The notes under the pieces: generated by a model
Told to the model about the DNA's origin: nothing
Seen by the model: only the letters and a program-made list of their open reading frames with translations
Database searches by the model: none
From: a virus
Lineage: Duplodnaviria; Caudoviricetes
Strand: one strand, 5' to 3'
Length of the DNA stretch: 64,000 bases
Virus record (IMG/VR): IMGVR_UViG_3300021091_002229
Coordinates: 1,680 to 65,679 of that record
Translations under genes and position numbers: made by a program
Shown: piece by piece, positions 1 to 10,374 of the stretch
Layout of the letters: the number at the start of each line of letters is the position of its first letter
Position numbering within the stretch: the first letter of the stretch is position 1

Positions 1-989
1 ACTCTGGGTCAACATACGGTACTGGTTCAATACTTTGGGATAGTTTAAATAATCACTGGATATTTGAAGTTGATGACCAAAACTATAATTCTACTATTGT
101 TATTGGTGGTCCAAAACATAGTGGTTCACTTGGAAGTGAAGTTGGATTAACTTCAAATCGTGTCCCAGTAGCAACAGATACAAACCACATCGACAGTAGA
201 CTAGTATCCAGTTCTATCCGTGTAGATTTCCCATCACGACTCACTCACGTTGAAGCAGGACTGGTTGTAACTGGTTCCGTAACATCCTCAGTAGGATTCT
301 CTGGTGATGGTAGTCAACTTACAGGTATCGTTACAGAACTTGCGCTTACTGGTTCAGATGGTGGTACAGGTACCGTATCGCTTAAGACACAAGCACTTAC
401 TGTTGATGGTACAAACGGTCTAACTGCAACAGTCAGTGGACAAACTATTACCATCAGTGGTAGTAATGCTACAACAACTACAAAGGGTGTTGCTCAATTC
501 GATAGTACAAACTTCTCAGTCGCTGGTGGTACAGTAGCATCGAACAATATTACTATTAACGGAACTACAGTTAATCTTGGCGGTACACGAAATATCACCC
601 TTCAACAAATTACTACACAAGGCGCAACCTCATCTGACCAAGTAATACTTAATGGCGGTGCGATTGTTCACGGGGTGCTATTTACCTCTGGTAGCAATAC
701 AGACGTTGATAGTGGCACTGAAGAAGTTGCCTCAATAGCCACTGGTAGTTTTGATGCAGCATATTTTGATTATGTGGTCAAGAAAGCAAGTAATTATAGA
801 GCAGGCACTGTCACGGCGGTGTGGGAATCTGGCACTAGTAATGTTGAATTTACCGACGTTTCCACTAATGATATAGGTAACACATCAGATGTAATTCTTT
901 CAGTTGATGTACTTTCAGGAAATGCACGTTTAAAAGCTACGGTATCTTCAGATAACTGGACTGTTAAGGCAGCCGTAAGAGCATTGTAA
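1..989 (+). CDS. Virion/tail-fibre-type structural protein, 5'-truncated by the window edge
   Basis: The frame of ORF 675..989 reads as coding upstream from position 3 (SGSTYGTGSILWDSLNNHW...VTGSVTSSVGFSGDGSQLTG); Ser/Thr/Gly-rich; shares the F.GDGS.LTG motif with the next gene. Confidence 0.7.
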   Translation, partial: SGSTYGTGSILWDSLNNHWIFEVDDQNYNSTIVIGGPKHSGSLGSEVGLTSNRVPVATDTNHIDSRLVSSSIRVDFPSRLTHVEAGLVVTGSVTSSVGFSGDGSQLTGIVTELALTGSDGGTGTVSLKTQALTVDGTNGLTATVSGQTITISGSNATTTTKGVAQFDSTNFSVAGGTVASNNITINGTTVNLGGTRNITLQQITTQGATSSDQVILNGGAIVHGVLFTSGSNTDVDSGTEEVASIATGSFDAAYFDYVVKKASNYRAGTVTAVWESGTSNVEFTDVSTNDIGNTSDVILSVDVLSGNARLKATVSSDNWTVKAAVRAL

Positions 990-1046
990 TATAGAAGTTA
1001 GTAGTACATTAAAAACTTACCTTTGGATATGTGAAGAAGGGGAATT

Positions 1047-2225
1047 ATGGCGAATGAATTTATAGCCAGAAAGGGACTAATTGTTCCTACTGGTAGTATA
1101 TTAGTATCATCTGGGTCGGTTACTGCAACCAACTTTATCGGTACCGCTAGTCAAGCAGTCACCGCATCATTCGCCTTAAATGCAGCTGGGTCAGGATTCC
1201 CCTTTAGTGGTAGTGCAGTCATCACCGGGTCACTTAATGTAACCCAGGCGGTGACTGCTTCGTTTTTTAAAGGTGACGGTAGTGAACTAACTGGAATAGA
1301 TGTAGGAACTGCAGTAGTAAGTGATATTTACAAATTTGTCGGCGATGGTACAACTCAACTGTATCTATTATCACAAAGTTATTTATTAGATAATATTAAT
1401 GTTAGTGTAGATGGATTAACATTTAGCCCAGCTATAGATTACAATTATCAAACCGGATCTATTGCATTTGTAGAAGCACCTCCATCATCATCTAATATTT
1501 TAGTCACTGCGCTTCTAAACTCAAATACCAAATTATCTGGCTCATTTACTGGGTCATTTATTGGTGATGGTCGTGGATTAACAAATATCCCACTTGCGGT
1601 CAATATTGACACTTACCAATTCATAGGTGATGGTACAACCGTAGGATATACATTAAGTCATTCTTATCAAGAAAAATCAGTATTCATTAATGTAGATGGG
1701 TTGGGATATAACCAACCAAGTGATTATTCGATAACAGGAGATGTTGTAACATTTACTTCCGCACCTCCGTCGGAATCAGTAGTTTATATTAGAGCACTAG
1801 TAAATACAGGAAATGATGTCACAGGATCATTTAGTGGTTCTTTCTTTGGGATTATATCCACAGCAAGTTATGCTTTTACATCATCGTATATACATCCTAG
1901 TGGATTACCATCTGGCGTAGTCTCTGCTTCGTCACAAGTCAATACAGGCTCATTTACTGGGTCGTTTAACGGTACTACCACATTTACACAATTACCAAAT
2001 ATTAGTATTGTGGCTGATAATCATTTATTTATTGCAGACGGAACTACAATTAATTACACATTATCACAATCGTATTCTCCTGCAATATTGACTGTATCTA
2101 CTGACGGCTTGGTAAATGCATTAATAGAAGATTATACGGTATCTACGAATCAACTTACATTCGTTTCCGCACCTCCATCTTCATCAAATATCTTGGTAAA
2201 AGGTATTAGAATAGCACTAATATAG
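1047..2225 (+). CDS. Virion structural protein with three repeated ~60-aa beta-rich domains
   Basis: Three copies of F.(G/A)DGTT..Y.LS.SY....+.V..DGL......DY......+.F..APPS.S.+.+; located among tail-fibre genes. Confidence 0.7.
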   Translation: MANEFIARKGLIVPTGSILVSSGSVTATNFIGTASQAVTASFALNAAGSGFPFSGSAVITGSLNVTQAVTASFFKGDGSELTGIDVGTAVVSDIYKFVGDGTTQLYLLSQSYLLDNINVSVDGLTFSPAIDYNYQTGSIAFVEAPPSSSNILVTALLNSNTKLSGSFTGSFIGDGRGLTNIPLAVNIDTYQFIGDGTTVGYTLSHSYQEKSVFINVDGLGYNQPSDYSITGDVVTFTSAPPSESVVYIRALVNTGNDVTGSFSGSFFGIISTASYAFTSSYIHPSGLPSGVVSASSQVNTGSFTGSFNGTTTFTQLPNISIVADNHLFIADGTTINYTLSQSYSPAILTVSTDGLVNALIEDYTVSTNQLTFVSAPPSSSNILVKGIRIALI

Positions 2226-2294
2226 AGGTAAAAAATGGTTTTATTAAAGGTTTCTTTATATTTATATCAGATAACTCATTTTCAGAGATTATAA

Positions 2295-4445
2295 ATGGCG
2301 ATAACTAGACTTACCGGTGTATTGATTAGAAGTGGAAGTATCCCAACGACGGCATTAAGTGGTGGGGTAGTTTCCAGTTCTGCACAGTTACCCACGGGAA
2401 CCGTTAGTAGTTCAGCACAGATAAAACCATTACTTCCAGAAGGGACGGTTAGTAGTTCTACACAAGTCACTTCACTGTTACCAACGGGTACAATATCTAG
2501 TTCTACTCAAGTTAATACACTGCTGGATTTAGATAATGTAGTTAGTAGTTCCGCACAAGTACAACTCAGTGGTATTACGGGTACAACATTCGCCTCAAAT
2601 AATTTTACATTCCCACAAAACTTAACAGTACAAGGAACACTTACCGCACAAGAAATTAACACGGAATATGTTTCTTCTTCAGTTATTTATGAAAGTGGTT
2701 CTACCAAGTTCGGTGACACATTTGATGATATACATCAACGAACTGGTTCATTAGAAATCACTGGTTCATTAATATTAAATAATACTTCATTTAACGCAGC
2801 AACTTCTGGAACATCGGGTACCTCTGGTTCAAGTGGTACCGCTGGTAGTAGTGGAACGGCGGGAAGTTCAGGAAGTACTGGTACATCAGGAAGTAGCGGA
2901 ACTTCTGGTAGTTCGGGATCAAGTGGAACCAGTGGCTCCTCGGGTTCAACAGGAACAAGTGGAAGTTCTGGCACATCGGGGTCATCAGGAAGTACAGGCA
3001 CATCTGGTTCCTCAGGAACTTCTGGAAGTAGTGGAAGTACTGGCACATCGGGTAGTAGCGGAACAGCCGGTAGTTCAGGAAGTACAGGTACTTCAGGATC
3101 ATCAGGAACTTCTGGGTCCGCAGGAACCGCAGGTAGTAGTGGTACCGCAGGGTCTTCTGGAACATCGGGTACACTTACACTAACTGGTACAACAGACAAT
3201 GGATTAATTACCCTTAATGGTTCTGCACCAAATGCAACCGTAGAAACCAATTTAACATTTGATGGAAGTTCCTTAGTAGTTACTGGACAAATTACTGCAA
3301 GCAGTATACGAGTTAATAGTACCGCATCACTACGATATCTAGAAACACAATTTGTAACCGCTTCGGTTATATACGAAAGTGGTTCTACGAAGTTTGGTGA
3401 TAGTTTTGACGATGTACACGAACGAACTGGCTCGTTACAAATTACAGGTTCGTTAATACTAAATAATACTTCCTTTAACACGGCAACATCAGGAACGTCA
3501 GGTACATCGGGTACCGCAGGAAGCTCAGGAACCAGTGGGTCGTCAGGTACATCTGGTTCTAGTGGTAGTACAGGAACATCAGGTTCTTCTGGCTCAACAG
3601 GAACATCAGGTTCTTCTGGCTCAACAGGAACCTCTGGTTCATCTGGTACATCTGGAACATCAGGTAGTTCAGGAACATCAGGTAGTTCGGGTACGTCTGG
3701 TTCGGCAGGTACGTCAGGCGCAGGAACCATCAGTGGTGGTGCCGCAGACAGAATAGCATTATTCTCTGGAGCAACTACTTTAACAAGTAATGCAGCACTA
3801 TCTTTTACTAGTGGTGTATTGACGGTTACTACTAATAATGCAAAATACTTCCAAGGTGGTGATGACGCATCGTTACATGATGTCAATGTTGCAAATACCA
3901 TTGGTATACAAGGTGTACAAGACAGTACTGTCGGTGCAATAAAATTTGGTAGTAGTGGACAAACACTATTCGGTAATGCTACCGGCATAAACATCGGTGG
4001 TACTAATCCGTCCGTATTATTCCAAGTCCAAGGTGGGGTATCTGGTTCGGGTGCACGATTCTCATCATTAGGCGTTGGGACTGCCGCGTCAGCAACCACA
4101 GGTGAAATTAGAGCAACTAACGAAATTACAGCGTTTTATTCCGACGCAAGATTAAAGAATTTCCAAGGAACTATTGATAACGCATTAGATAAAGTATTAT
4201 CATTGAATGGATATTACTTTATCGAAAACGAAATAGCTAAGTCATTAGGATATACAAATGATAAGAGGCAAGTAGGTGTAAGCGCACAAGAGGTACAGGC
4301 GGTTCTGCCAGAAGTAGTAACAGCAGCTCCAATCGACGATAAGTATTTGACTGTAAAATACGAAAAATTGGTTCCTCTATTAATTGAAGCAATTAAGGAA
4401 CTTAAAGCCGAGCTGGATGAATTAAAAAATAACGGTAAATCATAA
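2295..4445 (+). CDS. Tail fibre protein with Gly-X-Y (Ser/Thr) collagen-like tracts and C-terminal S74-type intramolecular chaperone
   Basis: C-terminal YSDARLKN...GVSAQEVQAVLPEVV...YEKLVPLLIEAIKEL is the S74/ICA signature; N-terminal P.GTVSSS.Q repeats; duplicated VIYESGSTKFGD.FDD.H.RTGSL.ITGSLILNNTSFN module. Confidence 0.88.
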   Translation: MAITRLTGVLIRSGSIPTTALSGGVVSSSAQLPTGTVSSSAQIKPLLPEGTVSSSTQVTSLLPTGTISSSTQVNTLLDLDNVVSSSAQVQLSGITGTTFASNNFTFPQNLTVQGTLTAQEINTEYVSSSVIYESGSTKFGDTFDDIHQRTGSLEITGSLILNNTSFNAATSGTSGTSGSSGTAGSSGTAGSSGSTGTSGSSGTSGSSGSSGTSGSSGSTGTSGSSGTSGSSGSTGTSGSSGTSGSSGSTGTSGSSGTAGSSGSTGTSGSSGTSGSAGTAGSSGTAGSSGTSGTLTLTGTTDNGLITLNGSAPNATVETNLTFDGSSLVVTGQITASSIRVNSTASLRYLETQFVTASVIYESGSTKFGDSFDDVHERTGSLQITGSLILNNTSFNTATSGTSGTSGTAGSSGTSGSSGTSGSSGSTGTSGSSGSTGTSGSSGSTGTSGSSGTSGTSGSSGTSGSSGTSGSAGTSGAGTISGGAADRIALFSGATTLTSNAALSFTSGVLTVTTNNAKYFQGGDDASLHDVNVANTIGIQGVQDSTVGAIKFGSSGQTLFGNATGINIGGTNPSVLFQVQGGVSGSGARFSSLGVGTAASATTGEIRATNEITAFYSDARLKNFQGTIDNALDKVLSLNGYYFIENEIAKSLGYTNDKRQVGVSAQEVQAVLPEVVTAAPIDDKYLTVKYEKLVPLLIEAIKELKAELDELKNNGKS
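2808..3176 (+). repeat. 41 consecutive Gly-X-Y codon triplets (GTS/GSS/GST/GTA)
   Basis: Counted from the translation; 9-nt periodicity with synonymous variation. Confidence 0.95.
3492..3716 (+). repeat. 25 consecutive Gly-X-Y codon triplets (second tract)
   Basis: Counted from the translation; includes an exact tandem 27-nt unit acaggaacatcaggttcttctggctca near 3570-3630. Confidence 0.95.
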
Positions 4446-4463
4446 TACCGGTAGGAGTGAATA

Positions 4464-4640
4464 ATGGGTATAATACCAGCCACCGGTTCGGAAATAGCAA
4501 TGGGAAGAGTGCGTAATGCGTATGGATTATCAGGTCAAGTTGCATTGCGTGCCAATCTAGGTGCTCAAATTGGTATTACTACTGGCCAAATCCGTCTTTC
4601 TATTGATTTCGGTGGCAGAACCACACCAAATAATTATTAA
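4464..4640 (+). CDS. Small 58-aa tail-fibre-associated protein (absent from the ORF track)
   Basis: ATG 4464 with AGGAG RBS at 4453; MGIIPATGSEIAMGRVRNAYGLSGQVALRANLGAQIGITTGQIRLSIDFGGRTTPNNY*; fills the gap after the fibre gene. Confidence 0.75.
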   Translation: MGIIPATGSEIAMGRVRNAYGLSGQVALRANLGAQIGITTGQIRLSIDFGGRTTPNNY

Positions 4641-4649
4641 TACTGGGAC

Positions 4650-4678
4650 TTGACAAAGTTAGTAGTATAATATATATT
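4650..4678 (+). promoter_or_regulatory. sigma70-type promoter at the start of the island
   Basis: TTGACA(4650)-N17-TATATT(4673), intergenic, upstream of 4710. Confidence 0.75.
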
Positions 4679-4709
4679 TAATTACGGTTTTTAATAAGGG
4701 GTTACTTTT

Positions 4710-5168
4710 ATGAGTGAAATAACATTCGAAACATTATTGGCAGCAGTAAATACCAACCCATCGGAATACGAAGAAAAGTATGTCCGATGGGTTTCTATTG
4801 GGTATGACAAAAAAGTTTTGGCAGAATTATTGTATGAATTACAATATCTCAAAGAAAAAGAAGAGTGGCCAGAACGAATTAAATTTTTAGAAGGTATTCT
4901 TGCCCAATATAATCCCCAACATTTATTGAACTTATTAAACGGTGAAACACAAACTACACGGTTTGCGTTAATTGAAAAATGGGCACGTCAAGGCGCGATG
5001 GAAATTCTCATCTTCGACAAATACAGTATTGAAACATTAAATACTGTTACTCAATTTCCATTGGCAGACTATCAACTATATGTAAAACGAGTACAAGAAA
5101 TTACTACGATGATTCGTGAAATCACCAGCCAGGCAGCAACACTAGCATCTGGAGTGGCTGGGTTATGA
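4710..5168 (+). CDS. Hypothetical protein
   Basis: 152-aa ORF with RBS; ATGA overlap with the next gene. Confidence 0.7.
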   Translation: MSEITFETLLAAVNTNPSEYEEKYVRWVSIGYDKKVLAELLYELQYLKEKEEWPERIKFLEGILAQYNPQHLLNLLNGETQTTRFALIEKWARQGAMEILIFDKYSIETLNTVTQFPLADYQLYVKRVQEITTMIREITSQAATLASGVAGL

Positions 5169-5860
5169 AGAACATCTACGATTTGACAATTTGGCAAACC
5201 AGACCCATTAAGTTAGCAATTCTTATTCCGTGTAGAGAATCCGTATATAGTTTATTTACTGCATCCTTAGTAGAGTTGGTCAAGACTACAACGATGGCAG
5301 GAATAGATGTTCATGTCATTTATGACCAAAGTACAATTTTACTTACACAACGAGAACGATTAGCACAACAAGCACTTACGATGAAAGCAGACTATGCGTT
5401 ATGGCTAGATTCGGATATGATGTTTCCAAGTACGACTGCGATGCGTTTAATGGCACATAACGTAGATATTGTATGTTGTAACTATATGAAGCGGTCAGTA
5501 CCACTTCAAACAGTTGCGTATCCAGAACGAGGTGATTGGGAAAATTGGTTACCCTTAGAAGCCGATCAAGAACTTCAAGAAGTTGAAGGGATTGGTATGG
5601 GGTGTATGATGATGAAAACAGAAGTACTGAACAAGCTGGTTCCTCCATACTTTGCCTTTGAATATAAAGATAAAGAATGGCATGGTGAAGATTTCTTTTT
5701 CCAAAGTAAATTACGCAAAGCTGGATATAAGATACTCGTTGATATGAATCTTAGTTTCCAAGTTCGTCATGTAGGACAGTGGGCATTTGGACCGAGTATC
5801 GGTACTAACGAAGAACAAAGAATCAAGAGACATACAAAAAAGGTAAAGAAAAATGGTTAA
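5165..5860 (+). CDS. GT-A fold (GT2-like) glycosyltransferase
   Basis: LAILIP..., ALWLDSDMMF (DxD), GMGCMMMK, HGEDFFF, VRHVG motifs. Confidence 0.8.
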   Translation: MKNIYDLTIWQTRPIKLAILIPCRESVYSLFTASLVELVKTTTMAGIDVHVIYDQSTILLTQRERLAQQALTMKADYALWLDSDMMFPSTTAMRLMAHNVDIVCCNYMKRSVPLQTVAYPERGDWENWLPLEADQELQEVEGIGMGCMMMKTEVLNKLVPPYFAFEYKDKEWHGEDFFFQSKLRKAGYKILVDMNLSFQVRHVGQWAFGPSIGTNEEQRIKRHTKKVKKNG

Positions 5861-6965
5861 TAATGAAACATGGTTAGCGCATAGTGATTTATTTAAAAAA
5901 TATTGGGTAATTGAAACTAAGCCGTGGGTGCGTAGTCTGGGTTGGTTTACTGACTATATGGAAACGGTAAAAGATGCTGATGGCTGGGCACAAGCTGGAG
6001 AAAAAGAACTTTCAGTATTTGATTATGTTCAAATTATTGACCAACCACTGGCAGAAAAGAAACTCTATCGGTGTACTAATCGCGCAACATGGGAACATAT
6101 TTCTGGTCCCGTACTATTTGTTGTTCGTAAAGATTCAGAACAAGTGTTTATTGCAGGATGGGCAGGAGAACGAAAGATTATCGAAAAGATGAAGAAGGAA
6201 AGTGATGATCCGTGGCAGTGGTCAGAAAAAATGATTGTAGAAGTCAATCCAGCATCTGCAATTCAAACAGTGTCAGTAATACGAAAACCCAGAAAGAAAA
6301 ATATACCTCCTGTATTTTTTGTTAGTAATGGTGAAAGTAATGCTGATGAGAATTGGAAGCACTTGACCAAACTGTATTCTAAAGCAGTTCGTATTGATGG
6401 AATTGATGGACGGAGAAAAGCATTTCATCGTTGTGTAGATTTGGCAGGAGAAGCACAGCAGTTCTTCGTCGTTACGGGGAAAACATATGTGACGGATGTA
6501 ACTGTATTTGATTATCCTGTAGAAACTATATCCGATGCGCATATTATCTTTCATGCGAAGAATATGAGTAATAGATTAGAATACGGTCATATGGGTATAG
6601 TGTGTTACAATAGTAATCTTGTACTAAATACACCAGCAAACTTCGGATTAGATTTTACACAATATAGTAAAACTATCACTGTTCCTCATACGGTAAGCGA
6701 AGGGTATTTCGCAACCACTCCATTTGAAGCATGGAGAACCGCATTCCGTGAATCAGTTAAATTAGCGAGTGCATATACTACCGATGCACATTTGTGGTTA
6801 CAACGCTGGACAGCATTCGCGGAAGGAGAAAATGCTGAATGGGTATTAACTGGTGCTCGGGAAGGACAAGAATATGCAGAACAATTTAAAAAGGATAAAG
6901 ACGAGTTAAGAAAGACAGTTGATTGGAATTGGTTGCAAACCAAATTTGAAGAATTTCATGGATGA
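5853..6965 (+). CDS. Phage glycosyltransferase-like protein
   Basis: VFFVSNGESNADENW...DGIDGRRKAFHRC...LEYGHMGI...PFEAWRTAFRESVKL; the position where a DxD would be expected reads VTGK. Confidence 0.5.
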   Translation: MVNNETWLAHSDLFKKYWVIETKPWVRSLGWFTDYMETVKDADGWAQAGEKELSVFDYVQIIDQPLAEKKLYRCTNRATWEHISGPVLFVVRKDSEQVFIAGWAGERKIIEKMKKESDDPWQWSEKMIVEVNPASAIQTVSVIRKPRKKNIPPVFFVSNGESNADENWKHLTKLYSKAVRIDGIDGRRKAFHRCVDLAGEAQQFFVVTGKTYVTDVTVFDYPVETISDAHIIFHAKNMSNRLEYGHMGIVCYNSNLVLNTPANFGLDFTQYSKTITVPHTVSEGYFATTPFEAWRTAFRESVKLASAYTTDAHLWLQRWTAFAEGENAEWVLTGAREGQEYAEQFKKDKDELRKTVDWNWLQTKFEEFHG

Positions 6966-7578
6966 TATATTACTTATAAGTTCTTCTCGTATTATCCAAT
7001 GGATGAATGTTATACGAGATGCTCCATCAGAAATAGAATATAGATTACTAGAGAGCTTTTGGGATAGCCAACTTAGAAGTAAATCGTGGTTAGTAAATAA
7101 TATAAAAAAGTATATGCCCGAATTGTCTGGTAATGTATATATTATGGGTGGATGGTACGGAGTCTTGTCACAATTAATAGTTGACAATTTTCGTACATCC
7201 ATATATAATATTGACTTGGATGCCAGTTGTATTAAATACGGTGGGTTACTTTCTAATCACGACTATAGAATAAAGTTTCTTACAAGAGATATGGCGGAGT
7301 TTAGTAATTATATAAACCCTCAGTTAATAATTAATACAAGCACCGAGCATGTTAAACAAGAAACATATAATTCGTGGCTAGAAAAAGTACCATCGGAAGT
7401 TCCGATAGTTATTCAAGGAAATAATTTTTATGAGTGCTTTGACCATATTAGATGCTTTGATACATTAGAAGAATTTAACACAAACAATTTATTAAAAAAC
7501 ATAGTTTATACTGGTACCTTGGAATGTATGGGACCAAATAAACCATTTCACCGATTTATGACAATAGGATATAAATAA
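6958..7578 (+). CDS. Class I SAM-dependent methyltransferase
   Basis: YIMGGWYG motif I, IDLD acidic motif, INTSTEH; likely start is ATG 6958 overlapping the upstream stop. Confidence 0.75.
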   Translation: MDDILLISSSRIIQWMNVIRDAPSEIEYRLLESFWDSQLRSKSWLVNNIKKYMPELSGNVYIMGGWYGVLSQLIVDNFRTSIYNIDLDASCIKYGGLLSNHDYRIKFLTRDMAEFSNYINPQLIINTSTEHVKQETYNSWLEKVPSEVPIVIQGNNFYECFDHIRCFDTLEEFNTNNLLKNIVYTGTLECMGPNKPFHRFMTIGYK

Positions 7579-7579
7579 T

Positions 7580-8992
7580 ATGGGCGCAACAGACCTGTTT
7601 CAATCCACAAAAAGAAAATTAGATGTTATCAGTCCAACAGCATGCGTAGCTAAGTGGCAACAAGTTACTATTCATTTAGCTAACGGCACAACACATAGTT
7701 GCCATCATCCACGGGTTCACCAAGTTCCGATTGAGGAATTAGAAACTAATCCAAGTGCGTTACATAACACTAAGTATAAAAAAGAGCAAAGAAAGCTTAT
7801 GTTAGAAGGAAAACGTCCGGATGAATGCGATTATTGCTGGAGAGTAGAAGATAATGTAAAGGGAGAACTCGCTGCAGAGGTGTTCAGCGATAGAATAGTA
7901 AAAAGTTCAGAGGAATGGGCATCACGCCACATAGATACTCTTAAACAAGTACCGTGGAATACTAATGTAAATCCATCCTATATGGAAATTGACTTTGATA
8001 CCACATGTAACTTTAAATGTGCATATTGCTCTCCATTATATTCTACAACATGGATGCAAGAGGTTAAGTCACATGGTCCATATAAATTACCGACCGTTAC
8101 ATTTAATGATGTAAGTAATTTAGAAAAAGGTAAAGGATTGCCAATACTTCAATCAGAAGAAAATCCATATATCGATGCATTCTGGAAATGGTGGCCGGAT
8201 GCAGCGAGACATTTACATACTTTTAGAATTACTGGCGGAGAACCGTTATTAAGTAAGCATACTTTTAAAGTACTTGACTTCTTAATCGACAATCCACAAC
8301 CGCATATGGAGTTTAACATTAATAGTAATTTGGGTGGACCTAAAGAAATTATTGACAAATTCATTGAAAAAGTTTCTGTAATTCAAGATAAAAAAGCAGT
8401 TAAGGAATTTAAACTGTTTACTAGTAACGAAGCTCATGATAAGCGCGCAGAATATATTCGTTTTGGTTTAAATTATAATTACTGGTTAAATAATGTTGAT
8501 AGAATTTTAAGTGAAATCCCAGACAGTAGAGTTACTATGATGAGTACATATAACTTATTGTCAGTAACTTCTTACTTAGACTTCTTAAAAGATATGTTAG
8601 AATTAAAGTTACGATACGCGCATCAGAAAAAAAGACAACTTCCACTTGCGGTTGATGTACCATATTTAAGACATCCTGAATTTTTAGCAGCATGGATATT
8701 AACAGAAAACTTCTTAAGTCACATAGAAGAATGTGTTACTTTTATGTATCAAAACCAGCAGTTCGGTAGATGGTATCCTTTGGCGACAAAGGGATTCTAT
8801 GAACACGAAATTCATAGAATGGAGCGTTTATTTTATTTAGTACAACAAAATATGGGTGTAAATAAACCAACCAACATAGAACAAAGAAGAAATTTTGCTG
8901 CGTTTATAGATGAATATGACAAGCGCCGTGGGACAAGTTTTGTAGGGACATTTCCTGAACTAGAAAAATTTTATAGTTTCTGTAAGATTTAA
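7580..8992 (+). CDS. Radical SAM protein with N-terminal SPASM/twitch-like Cys cluster
   Basis: CNFKCAYC (CxxxCxxC), ITGGEP; N-terminal C..KW...SCHH...ECDYCW. Confidence 0.9.
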   Translation: MGATDLFQSTKRKLDVISPTACVAKWQQVTIHLANGTTHSCHHPRVHQVPIEELETNPSALHNTKYKKEQRKLMLEGKRPDECDYCWRVEDNVKGELAAEVFSDRIVKSSEEWASRHIDTLKQVPWNTNVNPSYMEIDFDTTCNFKCAYCSPLYSTTWMQEVKSHGPYKLPTVTFNDVSNLEKGKGLPILQSEENPYIDAFWKWWPDAARHLHTFRITGGEPLLSKHTFKVLDFLIDNPQPHMEFNINSNLGGPKEIIDKFIEKVSVIQDKKAVKEFKLFTSNEAHDKRAEYIRFGLNYNYWLNNVDRILSEIPDSRVTMMSTYNLLSVTSYLDFLKDMLELKLRYAHQKKRQLPLAVDVPYLRHPEFLAAWILTENFLSHIEECVTFMYQNQQFGRWYPLATKGFYEHEIHRMERLFYLVQQNMGVNKPTNIEQRRNFAAFIDEYDKRRGTSFVGTFPELEKFYSFCKI

Positions 8993-8994
8993 AT

Positions 8995-10374
8995 ATGAAA
9001 AAAGTAAATGTTTTATATGAATTCATGACACCAAATGGATTCTTACCGTTCGGGTATGAATTAACAGACTTACCAATAATTTTTAGTGTAATCAATGAAG
9101 ATTTATTTACAAGGGCGCATACTACGACCAGAATAATCAAATCAAATAAATTCGAAGTATCGGCAAACACTGAGGATATTTTTGATGTCATGTCAGAATA
9201 CTTTGAAGGGACGGATAGATTTAATAGAGTATTGATTAAAGATATCAATAGAAAACAACTAAAAAATGATTACAATTTATTTGCGGTAACGCCTCTTCAT
9301 AATGAAAGTATAGTTGAATACGTATCTATATTAAATTTTGAGGATATGTTCAGCAAAAAGTCTTTTCGTTTGTTTGAAGAAGAAGCCAGTGTGAAATTAG
9401 TTTTTATCGATAACAAAGAAGGTGGATATGAATATCCTGATAAATTTTTCGATAATATTTATACTTTTGTAAACAAATATAAATTACAAAGTAATAAAAT
9501 AATCTTCATAACAAATACTTCAAACATAAAAGAAATTTATGAAGATTATTTAAATAGGCATAACATACCTTCGTTTATGATATGCGATTCTATTAATTTT
9601 TGTATATACGGGCAGCCTGGAAAAAATATCATACGATATGAAAATACTACGAACAATTATGAAGCGGATAAAATTATTGAAAGAGAAACGGAATATTCAA
9701 TAAGTTTAGCACCGCATACAAACCTGCGAGAAAAGTATTTTCTTTGTTTAAATAGAAACAGTGGTAGATTTCATAGACCTAAATTAGTATTAGAATTGAT
9801 AAGAAATGGAATATTTGATAAAGGATTGGTTTCTCTATTTAAGTCACAAGAGTTTGATAACTTTTGTGAGAAACTAGAAAACATCCATTTTAAAACACAT
9901 ATCAAAGAAAAGTATCCTTTTATTGTAGACTATGAAGATGCAGACGCTGTAGCTGACATGCACAACTATTTTACGAAAAAAGAAATATGGGACGCTACAT
10001 ATTTTTCGGTGGTTACGGAAAGTTCTACAATACCCAAATCGGTTTTCATTACAGAAAAAGTAGTTAGACCTATGATATATTTTCATCCGTTCATAGTCTA
10101 TGGAAATCCAAATACATTAAAAGAATTGAAAAATATGGGATTTTACACATTCCCAGAATTTTTTGATGAAAGCTATGATACAATAGAAGATGAGAATGAA
10201 AGGTTGAATGCAATTATAGAAAATGTAAAAAGATTATGCGCATTATCAGTAGAAGAATTGCACAACTTATACTGTTCCGTGTATCCAAAGTTAGTTCATA
10301 ATAGAAATTTATTAAGTTCATTGGAAAAAGATAGTTTTGTTGCTAATAAATTTTTACATCTTATAAGTTTATGA
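8995..10374 (+). CDS. Putative glycosyltransferase-like protein, paralogue 1 of 5
   Basis: FLCLNR..RFHR, VVTES..FITEK..PFIVYG..GFYTF..FDESYD motif shared with four other island genes. Confidence 0.5.
   Translation: MKKVNVLYEFMTPNGFLPFGYELTDLPIIFSVINEDLFTRAHTTTRIIKSNKFEVSANTEDIFDVMSEYFEGTDRFNRVLIKDINRKQLKNDYNLFAVTPLHNESIVEYVSILNFEDMFSKKSFRLFEEEASVKLVFIDNKEGGYEYPDKFFDNIYTFVNKYKLQSNKIIFITNTSNIKEIYEDYLNRHNIPSFMICDSINFCIYGQPGKNIIRYENTTNNYEADKIIERETEYSISLAPHTNLREKYFLCLNRNSGRFHRPKLVLELIRNGIFDKGLVSLFKSQEFDNFCEKLENIHFKTHIKEKYPFIVDYEDADAVADMHNYFTKKEIWDATYFSVVTESSTIPKSVFITEKVVRPMIYFHPFIVYGNPNTLKELKNMGFYTFPEFFDESYDTIEDENERLNAIIENVKRLCALSVEELHNLYCSVYPKLVHNRNLLSSLEKDSFVANKFLHLISL

Noticed and set aside
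2808-3716. CRISPR array or non-coding tandem repeat
   Set aside because: Periodicity is 9 nt, in frame and synonymously varied, with no repeat-spacer structure
2735-4099. 454-aa minus-strand Pro/Glu/Val-repeat ORF and other alternate-frame ORFs over the fibre gene
   Set aside because: Shadow translations of the Gly-Ser/Thr repeat; the + frame carries the recognisable S74 domain
4650-4671. TTGACA paired with the perfect TATAAT at 4666
   Set aside because: Spacing is only 10 nt; TATATT at 4673 gives the canonical 17-nt spacer
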